Assembly (NCBI GenBank): GCA_000934665.2
Contig: KZ538098.1
Span: 62,001-126,000, forward strand
Direction of reading: 5' to 3'
Source of the DNA: Catajapyx aquilonaris
Taxonomy: Eukaryota
Length of the DNA stretch: 64,000 nucleotides
Shown here: piece by piece, positions 11,685 to 24,800 of the stretch
Layout of the letters: each line of letters starts with the position of its first letter
How positions within the stretch are numbered: the stretch's first letter is position 1
Program-made: the position numbers and the translations under genes
Notes under the pieces: model-generated
What the model was told of the DNA's origin: nothing
What the model saw: only the letters and a program-made list of their open reading frames with translations
Databases searched by the model: none

Positions 11685-12295
11685 CTAACCAGACACAACG
11701 AGACAAGAACATGTGCTGTTGAGTCATACAGAATTTCAAACCGTCAAATGTGGCTATTAAGATAAATTCTGTGCAAACTTCCGACCCGTATATCAAGATG
11801 TCATCACGTCTAAACCGTTGACAACATGTGCTTTTCATTAATTTTTTCCCCCCCACGCTCACTAGTGTCATATCGTGACATCTGTGCCGTGAAAATAAAC
11901 CCTCCGCAAATGGTCGGAGCACAATGAGTATGGGTCGGGTGTAATTTCCACATTCATAAACCATTGTACCTGCTAGAAAAAGCAAGCCCGGTATTAAAAT
12001 TGCATGACCGTTATTGGCATGCAAACAAACCATTTCCGAATCGTATTTCCACGAACAGTGAAACAATCCCCGTGACCCATTGTTCGGTTTGATGTCGAAC
12101 CAGACATTAAAATCGTTGCACTATAATGCTATTCGGTCCACCCTACCAACACCCGCATATTATACGCGAACACACACCAGTTTTAAAACCAAACACCCCG
12201 CCATCAAAGGCGCTGCCGAGAACCCCCAGTCGTAATTAAACATAAATAATAAGCTCGTATAAATTGGAAAGTCTGTCTGTCCGGAGAGGCAAGCT

Positions 12296-12550
12296 AGCCA
12301 ATCATGGCTACAGAGGCTCTAGGACGAGTCGCCAACTTCTGACGTCACGTCGTCTCTGATTGGCTGGAGCAATTTTGGACTGCGTTTCTATGAAAATAGT
12401 GGCTGGCTGTGACGTCACGGTCGACTCCGATTGGCTGGAGTCAGAAGGCCTGTAACTACTCCAGCCAATCAGCGACGACGTGACGTCAGAAAATTGCGCC
12501 TCTCTTCCTCGAGGCTCTCTAATCATGGCCAATGACGTCGGGCCAATCAC
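12296..12550. repeat. Palindromic element rich in TGACGTCA and CCAAT/ATTGG motifs
   Basis: Arms 12337-12369 / 12459-12491 are 32/33 complementary; TGACGTCA at 12340, 12410 and 12481; six CCAAT/ATTGG sites. Confidence 0.75.
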
Positions 12551-12676
12551 GGAGCAACGAAGTCACCCATGAATATCGATACATGTCAAGGGAATATCGA
12601 TACAGTCATATCAAGGCAGGCCGTTTGAAAAACAAATAACGGTTTGATGCCCACAAGGTGGAGAGGTCAGATTTAC

Positions 12677-12793
12677 CTCTTGGAATCTGTCCAATGCGAC
12701 CATCAGCACGAAGTTCAAGTGTACGAAACGCGAGTCTTCGACATACTTGAACCGCACTCTCTTCCTGTACGTCGTCGTGTCGGATACCTTCAG
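12677..12793 (-). CDS. Dys: Putative alternative/cassette dystrophin exon, 117 bp (39 aa)
   Basis: Acceptor cttccctccactgtcatgtccgcag|CTG, donor GAG|gtaaat; phase 0/0, no stop; LKVSDTTTYRKRVRFKYVEDSRFVHLNFVLMVALDRFQE; 30 of 39 codons end in G/C like the true exons. Confidence 0.55.
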
Positions 12794-15700
12794 CTGCGGA
12801 CATGACAGTGGAGGGAAGCCACTACAGACCACAGCAAAAGGCTAGCTCATCTCCGACCCCCCCAATATACACCCCTTGTGCTGGTGGGGGAAGCTCCGGA
12901 CATCTGGACAGCCCGGATCAATGGTCATACACACACAGACCCGGGTTACTATACACTCTATATATAGAGTTTCCACGTCATCCATCTGCGGACCAATTAA
13001 CTCGTTTTCCCCGAGCTACACAAGACTTTGATGCAGCTGGCTCCGCTTCCACGCCCACTATCCCTCCTCACGCCAGAGATAATTTACGGTCCTTCACACC
13101 GGAAGGCTCTCAAAATTGGGCTGGTCCNCCCCCCCCCCCTTCCATACCCTTCTCTCTCTTTGGATTGATTGCACCCGCGTTTGCTCTCACTTGCGCTTAC
13201 AAAAGGCGGGCTCTCACCAACTCTCCAGATTTTCCAGCCAGATATCCATCAGCCACCTTGGTCCAACTTGGCCTGAATTTTTAGCTAATAGCAAAGCAGG
13301 CGGGGACCTGCTTTAAGTTATTTGTGCTGAGAGGAAACCTGAGGGGGTGGGTGGGATGTGGGGAGGAAAAGCAAGATCGATATAACTGTTGTTTCTCCGT
13401 CTTGTGCTGGGCTGAGCCAACTGCAGCCATCCGGCAGAGCAAGAATCAGAATGTAAGTTGGCTTGCAGAGAGAGAGAGAGAGGCAGAGAGAAAGCTTAAA
13501 CCATAATTCGAAAGAGACACAAATGGGGAAGGCAGGAAGCTGTAACATGGAGAGAGAGAAAAATATATTCCGGAAACCGCCAGCAATGAATATACAGGCA
13601 AACCGCCTTAATCCCTTCCGAGTTTTGGCCAGCCGCAGCTTAAATGGAAAGGGGTCCTCAAGAGCATCGGACGGATTTTGGGGGAAGAGAGAGCCCACAA
13701 CAGCAGGAATGGCCCCCCTCTTCTTGATGGAGAGGATTTCATTATGCAGTGCGGCATAAGTGCTTCACTTTTTATTACTACGATTACTTCAGGTCGGAAC
13801 AGCCCAGGATAAAAGCAGAGGGTTGTATGAACTAAAAAAAATGTTGCATTCAGTTGCACGTATTGTTGACTCAATGATTAAAAGCCTGATGGTGCAAGAT
13901 GATGCAGGCGTTCAGGGGCAGGGCCGGAAACTAATACCTTGCCTGTTTGCATGGTTCAAAATTTCCATGACAATGAATCCAGCATCTTTTATGAGGCCCT
14001 AACTATTCTCGTGCCATAATACTACCCATTGATTAATCCATTAACATTCAGTTTGCTAATTAGTGCATTTTCATTTTCAGTCATATATATCGAGAGAGAG
14101 AGAGCGGCTCCCCTCAAAATTGGGGTGGAAAATTTCACTTTTACAACATTTACGGTTCCATGTTCATCCAGCAGCCCTCCCAACATCCCTCACGACCGTT
14201 CAGAAACAGATCAGAGTTTAAAAAGGGCCTTTATAAATCTTCCTTCGAGCCCCCCCTTTTCCCCATCCAGGATTATACATTCCGCCATTTTATACTCCAA
14301 ATAGGTTTGCTTTTGAAAGAAAAAGGGGAAGGAGCCCTATAATTTTGCAAGAATTGTTGCCATAAGAGCATCGGGGTGTTCCCTCGACAAATACAATTTT
14401 CAGAATCGCAATGTCAATGGAAGGGGGGGACCCTCATGCTCCTTTTTGGAAGCTGCCGACTCGATTCCTCCTAGCTTAACGTCATCAAAGCGAATCCCCA
14501 GAAAATGAAGTTAAGCCATCTCCTCATCCTCAAATAAAAAGGAGAAGCGCAAATAAAAACAAAAAAAAAAGGATTTGCGAAAAAAAAAAAGAAAAATCAC
14601 AATGTACACAGATTTTTCTTTCTCGTTTCATGTTACATTAGAGGACAACAGGACTGCTGCTTAGTTCATAGGGACGTGGACCACCCTGTATAATGCGCAT
14701 CGGGGTCTAATAAATTGCTTTCTCTGAGACGAGCTGGAGGCTAAGCAGAGACGGACAAAACAAGCCGGATGTACAAGATGCTAGACACATCCTGGAAATA
14801 AGGGGGGGAGAGAGAGAGACCTAGGATTCAATAAACCCCCTCCCCCGTTCGTTCTGTATGTAGTCAGGCCGTTTTATTGAGGGGAAGGGAAGGGTAGGGA
14901 GGAGGGGTTTTTGGGGGGGAGGCCAGAGCTGCGCCGCTCCATATTACTGAACTTGAAAGCTGCTGTCAAATGCAAATTCGAAGCGCGTGCTGGGCTAGAC
15001 ACGGAATAAACCGGCCGAGTTATCCGCCTTCATTTGTTTCTGGAGGAGAGACGAGATCCTTTTCCAACCCCCCCTCCCTCCACCCCCGAAGCTCAGAGAG
15101 AGAGAGAGAGAAAACTATTACATGGCAGCCAATGGGAAATAGTACGAGCCCTTGCGCGACTCCGGGAGAGAAAAGCTAAAGAATTGCTTCACATCGAAGC
15201 CAGATGGGTCCCTTCCTTCACGGATATGCTGCCTCTTCCCGGAGGACCATTTATCAAAATCACTTTGGCCCTGCTGCTGCCAGAGGAATATTACAACTGC
15301 ATCGCGTCATCGATACAGATCCATCCAGCAGCCCCCCCTCTGCATTATGGAGATAAAGGGAAAGGCACAGCGGACGTTGCAAACTGGACAACTGCGTCCA
15401 ATTAGGACGGCACGATTCGATTAGCTCGGGTTGGAAGCGAGAAAAGGAAGAAGAAGAAGAAAAAAAGTTTCTATACGGACAGTCCCAAGGAAAGTGCCGG
15501 ATTTAACGAGCACCCTTTCTTCACCCTGATTCATTTACCAGGGCTGGACATGGACACTCGCTGGCAAAGGAGAATGAACTTCTGAGCAACGATCACTTCA
15601 TGAAGATAAGTAGCATTATGTCGTAGCTTACGACACTTCCATCACCCTCTGCAGCAGCACACCTAGTCGAAAGTTTCGCATGCAAAAATTTCACCCCTTT

Positions 15701-18698
15701 TTTTCTTTTCCTTCCCCTTGCACACACTCGTTCTGAGATCCAATTCTTCCCCATCCTTCTTCCCCATTCCTGTAGTGCTCTCTGCTCTTCCCAGCAGCAC
15801 CAAAAGTCCTCCCAACCCTTAACCGCACAAAGGGTGGTTGGATGGGTGGGTGGAGGTCGACTTTGAAAAGAAACAGAAGCTGATATTCAATTCCACGAAG
15901 CAGGAAACCTAATAAAGGCTCCTCGCTATACATCTCCAAGCAAGCAAGTAAAGAGATGTGATGGCTCAACACTTGTGGCCAAGAACTGTGGGTGGGTGGG
16001 TGGCATCCCAAAGAGAAGAGAGAGAACAACCCTATCGACCCAACCCAGAGGGAAAAAGGACGAGGACAAAAAACCTGGAAAAATTTCCGATGTTCGCGAT
16101 TGGTATTGTTTCCAGCAGCAGACTCAAGTGCCCTTCGTTAGATGATTTTTTTTTTAAATGATGTGTGCATATGCAGAAAATTAATTGATGAGAGACTTCA
16201 ACGGACGTATCACACACGAAGCTTCATTTCACTAGGTCCACTAAAAATATTTGTGCATATCGCGTACTGTGTTTCGCTTCAGGCTATTTTGTTGCATACG
16301 CCCTACCGACCGCTTTCATTTGAGAGTTGTGCTCGCAGATTTTGTGTGCCAAAACAGGTGCAAATTGGAGGCATGCCCCCCGTCCCTCCTTTTTAAACTT
16401 TGATTCGCCCCCCTCCCTTTAATAAAACAGCAAGGGGGCGGAAGATGACCCGGGGGCGAACCAGGTGCGCCATAAACACGTGCCTGTCCAGGAATTTGCA
16501 TCGACATTGGTGCAAGCAAGGCGCTAATTCCCGCGTTGTCAACCCCACCCAACCCCCGGCGCTCTTTTTTGGGGGGGCGGTACACAAAAGGACCCGTGCT
16601 GGAAAAGCAATCAAGGATCCGACAAGTAGCAGCACTCCTTTTACTTTCAAATGACGCTTGTAAAACTGACGGGGGTGGAAACGCCCCTCCCATCCTCCTC
16701 CCCTCTGGAAAAAAAAAAAAAAAGCTCAGAGGAGGGGAAGACATTGGCGCACAAACTTTCCTCTGAAGCAAATCCAGCTTTTAATTACTGGGCTTACACA
16801 ACCATCCCACCTCCGGTACATCGGGACATTAATTCGTCAAAGAGAATGACGGCAGCCCTCATCAATCTGCGGGGGAGAAGCTTTTTCCTAAGGACTGTTC
16901 CCCCCCTCGGTAATGAGCGAAAAAGAGAGGGTAACTTGGTACCACTTTGGAGAGCTTCTGACCCGGAACAAGTGTAAGGCCCATACACTCATTAAACTCG
17001 GATTTTACGGGGGGGCCTACCCTGCACTTAAAGAAAAGCAAATGACCGGAGCTCCCTTGAGAATATTCATGGAATTTGCATACAGTATCTCACACTTGAA
17101 AACTACTACACGTTTTATATAGAGTGTATCCGCAAAATCTAAGGCGGTTGAGTTCCTCTCGTGTAAAGATTTTCGATGCTTGTTTATGTAACACTTGGCT
17201 CCACTTCCACTTGTGGACCTCCTGCCTCGCGTCAAGTGCAGTTCACTTATCAAAAAAAGGGGGGGTCTGAAAATAAACCCTTCCCTTCGGACATGGAGCA
17301 GCACTCTAAAAGGCACGTGTCTGGACAGCAACACCAGAACACTACGCGCACTGCACACGGCTCCGAGCACCACTGAACCAGACTTCTTTTTCGAAACCAA
17401 AACTTGGGCCCATTTCACGCTCTATCTCCTTTCGAGGGGCCTTTCACACGAATCCAAGTGGACTCTATTTATAAAAACGTGGTGCTCCAAAAAAAAAAAA
17501 AAAAAAAAGGGAAAGACTTTCATATCTGGAGACCGACTGTGGCAGGGGTAGGGGCACGCTGTACCAACCTGCTTCCCGGCGGATACACACCTATCTTTCA
17601 GCAGATAGAAGCCTATAGGAAAGTAGGGTCTCGTGTATACCAGACGCAGGGATGATTGGCACCGAGGGGATATGGAGGTTAGCAGTTATTCATTGCTGAA
17701 GATGTAAGAGGGGAGAGAAAAACAAGGAGCGGATAAGAAAAGCCGTTAATCATAAGAATCTTGCTATATACATTTTTTTTTTCTGACTCCAGCAGCTCCA
17801 GCTAGTCGAGCCTAATTTTCCGTTGGTACTCCTGGAGAACCTGGGCGTTATCGACTTTTGCTTCCAAAACCTGTAAGGTGTTTCCTCCAACTAAACGCAA
17901 TAAAGCCTGTTCCCCCGCGAAATTTAATAACACGCACATTCTTGCCACCCACTTGAAAAGCAGGCTACTAATATTATAAGTCCGTCCAATAATAACAGTG
18001 TGGCCATCATCAGCATTGCGGAATTTAACGCCATGAGAAGGGGGGGTAGGCGAGGCATAAATTATTATCCGGGTGTCACTCAAGGGTTGTGACGGCGGGA
18101 GGCACGAGCTTTGGCTTTTTTCCACCCCACCATCTTGGAAACTGCGTCCTAATCAGGCACTCAGGCTCGCCTTCACGCTCCGATGACCATTTTTCCAACC
18201 CCCCCAAAAAAACCCGCTACTTAACCGCCCCCACCTTCTTCATCTCCAGAAAAGAATTTAAAAAAAAACTATATCATCCCCACCTTAAAAGAGAGGGGGT
18301 TATTGCGTTGCGTCGCCTTGATGTTAATCCCGCATTAACCTCCAGCAGACATCTCTATCTATCGCCCCCCCTCCCTCAAGGTGTGTGCAACTAACTGAGA
18401 CTAATTCGAAGAGATTACACGAACCTTCCATTTACAAAAGCCTTACAACCTTCCGCCATCATCCAAAAAACCGCGCCTGATGCCAACACCTCGGAATTGA
18501 GAGAAAAGAGAAATTCAAGCTTCATCCACAATCTGGACCAGATTGGGCCATCGCTCATCGTCCGCCTTGTTTTATTAGTTGACTCCCGACTATCACATGA
18601 TTAATGGGAGCGGTCCAAAAACAATGATCGTTACTTCAGGGATAAACACTGTATACGCGTAAAGTACCCACATCCTAACTTCTCCCCCCCAAAAATGT

Positions 18699-18869
18699 GC
18701 GTGTCCTAAATATTGCGATTGGGTAGGGTTTCATAATAGCATTTCTTTTGTACCGCACTGTATCCACCGACCTGATTGGTGCAGCCAAGTGCGGTACAAA
18801 AGAAATGCTCTTTTGAAACCCTATACCGTCTATGGCTTAATCACAAATGTCGCAATATTTAGGACATGC
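18699..18869. mobile_element. Nested inverted-repeat (MITE-like) structure
   Basis: Outer perfect 17-bp IR tgtcctaaatattgcga (18702-18718) / tcgcaatatttaggaca (18850-18866); inner ~36-bp IR 18724-18759 / 18788-18823 starting and ending in TA. Confidence 0.7.
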
Positions 18870-21800
18870 CTATTTTTTTTGAGAAGTTTGGGTATGGGGA
18901 CTGTAGATTCTGGTTGACATTAAATCAGACGATGTGTTCTGCAACCAAATAGTGGTCCGGTTCCGGAACGGGTCCGGTTTCCAGGATGATGCGTAAAACG
19001 GTCTCCATTGTTGCAAATCACAATGCCGCATTGTTCTAAACAAAACTGTAGTAGCCCGCATGTAGGCTACCCCCCTTTTTTGGGGGGGCCAGCAATTTTG
19101 ATGGCTAGGCGCCCCCACCTCATCTCCGGAAAACTGCAGGGCTCGTAAGCTGCCCTGTCACCCGTCCGCCCATCAATCACAAGTCGGGGCCCCTCCATAA
19201 ACGATAGAATCCCCTTGTTGATCCTCTCCTGACTTCACCAAGTCGACGAGCCGATGAATAGTTTGCGGGGTCCCATGCTTTTGAAGGGGGGTGCATATTA
19301 TATAGACTCTGAGAGGCGGATATTGGCCCAAGTCGCAATGGCGTGTCAAGACGCCATTTATCTCACCAAGAGTTCAATATATAGGTATCAAACCATCAGA
19401 TTACATACCCATTTGCGAATATCACATGAAGTCAATTCCTAGCACGGCTTCCAACTGCAATCACCATTACGCGAATATAGAGAAAAAGAAACGAGACAAA
19501 AGAAGCAGCCGGCTTTTAAAAAAAAGGGGGTTGAATAAACGAGTCGCTTCCTGCAGAGGTATCCATCACTGCAAAACACGGACCTGCCTGCGCTTATCCT
19601 CATTCCGGGCATTAGTAACGTTCATTCCTGGCGACACAGGGTGCATCACAATGCGGATTCCTCGGATACTCGCCTAAAAAGCAGCCTAACGCTATATACC
19701 GAAAAAGAGCTGCTATCAGTAACCGCTTTTTTTTTACTTCTCCCAGGCAATTCTGCTCAGATTCGTCTCCTTCTTATTAGTCGCGGCTCAACCAAGCGAG
19801 CGCTTTTTCCAGCAACCGGACCAAACTCATCTCAAGCAAAGCAGGCTTAAGCCCAGCGTGGAAAATCACCTCCCTCACCCACAGATTAAGGCCACCCCCA
19901 CCCCCTACCTCACTTTTGGGGGAAGGGGAAAAAAACACCTGTGTTTTCCCACCACTCGTTTCCGCCCAAATTACTCTGCAAGTCCGATCCGGATCCCAGC
20001 GACTATTAATTATTAGGCACCCTTTACCTATCCTGCTTGCAAAATGGCTGCCGTTGGTGAGGCCGGAAAAAGCCCTGGAGGCCTGAACAAAGAGGCCAAT
20101 TCGCAAACTACACCTCTATATCTGAATTCACCGGCAAGGAATCGCTAACAAGATCTGATCCCACCCCAGCATCTTCTGTGTTTGGGTGAGGGAAACCCCC
20201 CTGCAAAAGCTTTCCCCCCCTCTTCCGAAAGTTCCAACCTGATTTTCCATTGGAGCCTTTCACTTCAAAGACAAGCGTTAGGAACGTTGATTGGGCCCCT
20301 CCGCCTGCTGTGCATCATTCCCCCTTCGCAACCTCATTTTTCCTCCCCATTTGACACCTTGTTAGGGAAATTCCAAGGGGGTGACGCCACGTGTGAAATA
20401 AGTCTGTCAAGAGTTGAAATATGGTCTGGGAGGTTGTGTGTGTCCGGCAAGGGACTAACTTGAAGGCTCTCGGACAGTCCGGACAGACGTGTGTCCCCAG
20501 GTTGTCGTCACGCTATCTGGCTCTCTCTCGCTCTTTTTCTATTACGCTCGCAGAATGAAAAGCCCTCGACCCACCCCCGCTTCTAGACGACCTTTCACTT
20601 CAAGGGGACTGACGTCGCGCAATGGTAACACCAGCAACGATTTTCCAGATTGAATTACAGCCCGACCCAAGTGCGGCGTGCACAGCAGTTTTAAAACTTC
20701 ACCAAGCAAAAACACTGCGGTGGGTGTTAAGTATCAAGGTGCGGTCCAGAATAACAAGGAATTGAATGTACAAAAGTGCGTTTGTTTCGGTGAAAAACTG
20801 GGTCAGATTTCTGACCGCGTAGGGGTCCTGAGTGGAATTGAAGAGTTTTTTATTTGGAAATAAATTGAATTTTCCGCTATCTGTCACATGTGCCTTTAAT
20901 AAAAGTTACACTGAATCCAGTGTGCTTTTCGTACAATGGCAATGATCAACAGTTGCTCTCGCAGCATCCGAACACGCACTGCCCCCCCCCCCCCTTTGCA
21001 AAATTCACCTAATTCCCTCCCCCTTTGTGTTTCCGGGGGCGTCCGGGGACTCACTCCGGAACGCAAGTGGGACACTTGGCACTATAATATGCGCCCGTTA
21101 TTCGCATTGCACAGCGGCCATCGCCAATGAAATCGCAAAGTATTGAGTTAACAACGTGCTGTTCTACCCGCTCCGGAAAAAAAAGTCCGGGAGCACTGTG
21201 TGTATATTGCACACAAGGCAATAGGGGCAGCTGGAGGTCCAAACTTGCCCCGGATAAAAACTGTTCTTTTTCGCTCTCTCTCTAGCATTTTTTTTTTGGG
21301 GGGGGGGGGGGGGTAATCGATAGCATATAGGACCAAGTAAATGGAAGAGTCGGTTGCCACCTTCACCTCCAATTGCGAGAAATACGGGCTAGGAATCCGG
21401 GACAATTCCGGAGTCGACGGCCTCCTTTTGCCAAGGCCTATCAGCTCGAGGCTCTTCCCCAAGTACAAGCAAGGGGAGGAAATTATTATTTATCTGGGAA
21501 AACGAACCAGACGCTCTGTCGTGATGCTGCTGGGAGGACGCCTCCTTGCAAGATAACCAAAACTATCGGGGAAATGGCCCGCCCTCTTTTGTTCCGGGGA
21601 AATAGATCCGGCTTCTGCCTCCCCGAATTATATATACTTATACGAGGGGCCATTTTGTCGCCTCCAAAATATCCGGGGGACAGACGCTACACGCAATTCA
21701 TCTACACTTTTGATTACATAACGCATGTCGCAAAAAATGGCACATGTTCAAAATGCAGCGTGGAAAATTGGTGCCATTTTCCGCATCCCCAGAAGTGACC

Positions 21801-24800
21801 CAGCCAAAAAATTGGCATCAAAAAAATTTCCCACTGCTTTTTTTTTTTCCTATCCATCTGCTGTGGGCACGCGACTGGTTCTACCCTTTTCAGGGTTGGA
21901 AAGGTGTGAAGAACACTCATTGTTTCACACGTCATTAGCTTATTAGTGATGGGAGGGGGACGGTTAGTCCCCGCAAAAAAAAAAACATCATGTTCAGCTA
22001 ATTCGGTGGCACTGCACTCTTCGCAATCTTTATGCTCGTTCAAGCCTGGCTTTTTTTTCATCGCGTTGAAGCCCCTTTGTTCTCGACCAATCTGTGCCCA
22101 AAAAGCCTCCAAAAAATGAAGGGGCGGGGATCAGGCTTCCAATTACCACCTCTCGATCGACAAAAAAAAATGAATGCAAAAATGCATAGGGTCGAGGTGT
22201 GCGAATTTTGGCTAGAGTTTAAGGTGTGTTGGAGAATAAGGGGCTTGGAGCTTGGGAGGGTTGGAAGGGGCAGGCAAGCGAAAGGGCGGCTTGGTTGCTG
22301 GCAAGGCCTTTCGGTGGCAGGTATCAGAATGGGAACCTCGACGGTCAATTACCGTCGCATTGCTGCCGTCACAGTCAGGCGCCCGCCAAGGAACCAAGAA
22401 ACCTTGCTTAGCTCCAAGCGAGAGCAATTCCTCCTGAAGAGTCTGTGGAAACACGCTAATAATAGTGGCGGACCAGGCTCCGACAACAAACTCGTTGATT
22501 AATGCGAATTATATGAGCCTGGTAAATCCGCAAAAAAAACCGGGCAATTTTGCGGGCAAAAGAGTGTGACCGCATTCTAGGGTTTAAAGTGTGAGCGTGT
22601 CTTTCCAAGCAGGATGAGAATCACGCCCAAATGTGGATTAGGTCTCTAACTGGGCCAGTCACCTCTCCCCAAAATTTCTGTCCTGGGTTTTATTTCGCCT
22701 CCCCAAAGTGACGGTGCAACACAAATGCAATTTCTTCCTCCCAGCGTGTCCCCCCCTCTGCTCTAAACAAAATTGCAGACGAGATTGGAATCCGGGCCTT
22801 GCTACTGTCCATTCCGTAAACGGCCCGGAGTCACACTGAAAGCGTCAGTTGTTGTTGTTGTTGTTTCCTTCCGCCACTTTTTGCTTCCTGTCTCTCCCCC
22901 TCCCCTTGTTGTTTTTTTTTAAATACCTTCAGTTTTTCTCGTCCCTCAGGAGAGTCCCTGAGCCTTCAGACAGATTCGTGTCTTCCCTCAGGGTATACCG
23001 TCATTCCAAGCCTGAAAATCGCCGTTTATCACGCCCGGAAAAGTAAACAAGTTCCTTCTGCCCGGATGGACTGTTTGCTCGCTCCACAAGACCGTTCTTC
23101 AAGAAAATTCCACTCTCAGCCTCTCTCTACCATTCGTGTAGACATTTTCGGCAAATACTGTCACTTCTCGCCGAAAGGCTGTTCAGCAGATAAGTTACAA
23201 TCCTGCTAACCAAGCTCGACATACTTTACTGTGAAAAGTGGGTTGCATACACTCCAGGATATACACTATACTTTCCCCAACACATGTGCGCTTCAAACGC
23301 ATGCCCTTTAATTTTAAACTTGAAACTTGACGCCAGGCCACAGGCCAATTTTAATTCATGCGGCAAATCCAGTCGCTCGCGGAGACATGCAGAATGTGCT
23401 TATTGATTAACCAGTACAGGTTACTAAACTCAATTGTCCTTGTCCCTGAAAAGGTTGGTGAGCATATTTTTACTTAATTTATACGTTCACATTAAAATGT
23501 AAGAGGTCAAAGCTCTGCTAGGTTCAACTTTAACTTGCTCATGTACTTGCACACTAGTTTTTTTTCGCGATGAAACTTGCAGATACCACATAATTTTCCG
23601 ATGCGAAACGTATATGCGTCTCGCGGTATCGCAACAGGCGAGAGCAGGTGCACAAAATTCATTTCCAGGCATTCCAAGCTACAATGGACCGTTTCAAACA
23701 GGTACGTAGCAAACCAGGACAAGTATACCAATCGACACAATGTACTCAGTTCCTTATATACCTGCCCCCCCGCAAAACAGGCCCGGATTTCGATAGAACC
23801 ATATCGACCTTCTTCTCCTATCGCCCCAACCTTCAACTTCAATTCCACAAGCTGGCGATGTCTTTATGAAAGAAACACAATAAATTCCATCTGTTCAGCT
23901 GCCGCCAGAGTGCATTGGGGGGCTCTGCAGGAAAGGAAACAGAAAAAGAAGAAAAAGGCAGGCAACGGAGGAAGAGAAAAGAAAAGCGATTAAATCCCGG
24001 ATCCTCCACATCGCCGGACTTTGGAAAAAGGAAAAGACAGAGAGAGAGAGAGAAAAGGAAAGCGACACGAGCTGCAAGATTCATACATATACACCGGGTG
24101 TTTCATAACACTTCTAGGCGTACCTTTGTTAGATATAAATTAGCTGAGTAACCGTCTCTAATAAAGTGCCAATTTGCTTGCACAGTTCAACCTAAGATGG
24201 GTTCATATAGTAAGAGGGGCAAAGGTAGTAGTGTAGGGTTAGTGTCTCCGGGAAGAGGACAAAAGTTTCCCAATTGGGATTGTGGGAGGATCGACGTTAC
24301 GAACATTTTCCCTCCTGGCCTGAGGGAGAGTGTTGCTGCTGAAATTTTTACCAGGTTAGATATTGGCCCTGTTGGCTCACTCGCTCGAACGACTGTCCCG
24401 CTCATTTCCGCTTGTTTAAAGTTCCCTTGTCGAATTCGGGCGGCGTCAACAACAAAAAAATGGGGGTGGACCTAGCCGCTTCCCAATTATTAAGCACGCA
24501 CTGTCACTATATGTATGAACACACAAGGGGGGAAAAACGGATGAGGTTTGGTTTTTAACCTAGAAAATTGGAAACGTCAGCGCGGGTATGCAGACATGTC
24601 AAGATGACATTTGCAGCGCACTTGAAACGAAAACGCTTGTCAAGGAAGCACCTTCTATATGTAGTTATTTGGCTTGAAATTGCAACTTCTCTCCTTTTCG
24701 CAAATGATATCTCCCCAGCAGTGAGGCGCAAACAGTGCCAAAATCTCAATTACGGCCGGTATGTTTGTAATCACTAACCAGGCTGGTGCTCTGCTCCCGG

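Noticed and set aside
17802..17870. VLEAKVDNAQVLQEYQRKIRLD* after a ttacag acceptor; possible alternative terminal exon
   Set aside because: Short, weak pyrimidine tract, no similarity to anything I recognise; cannot be distinguished from chance.
22926..23011. Exon-like segment with tttcag acceptor and AAG|gtattt donor
   Set aside because: Stop codons in all three frames; at most a non-coding exon, unsupported.
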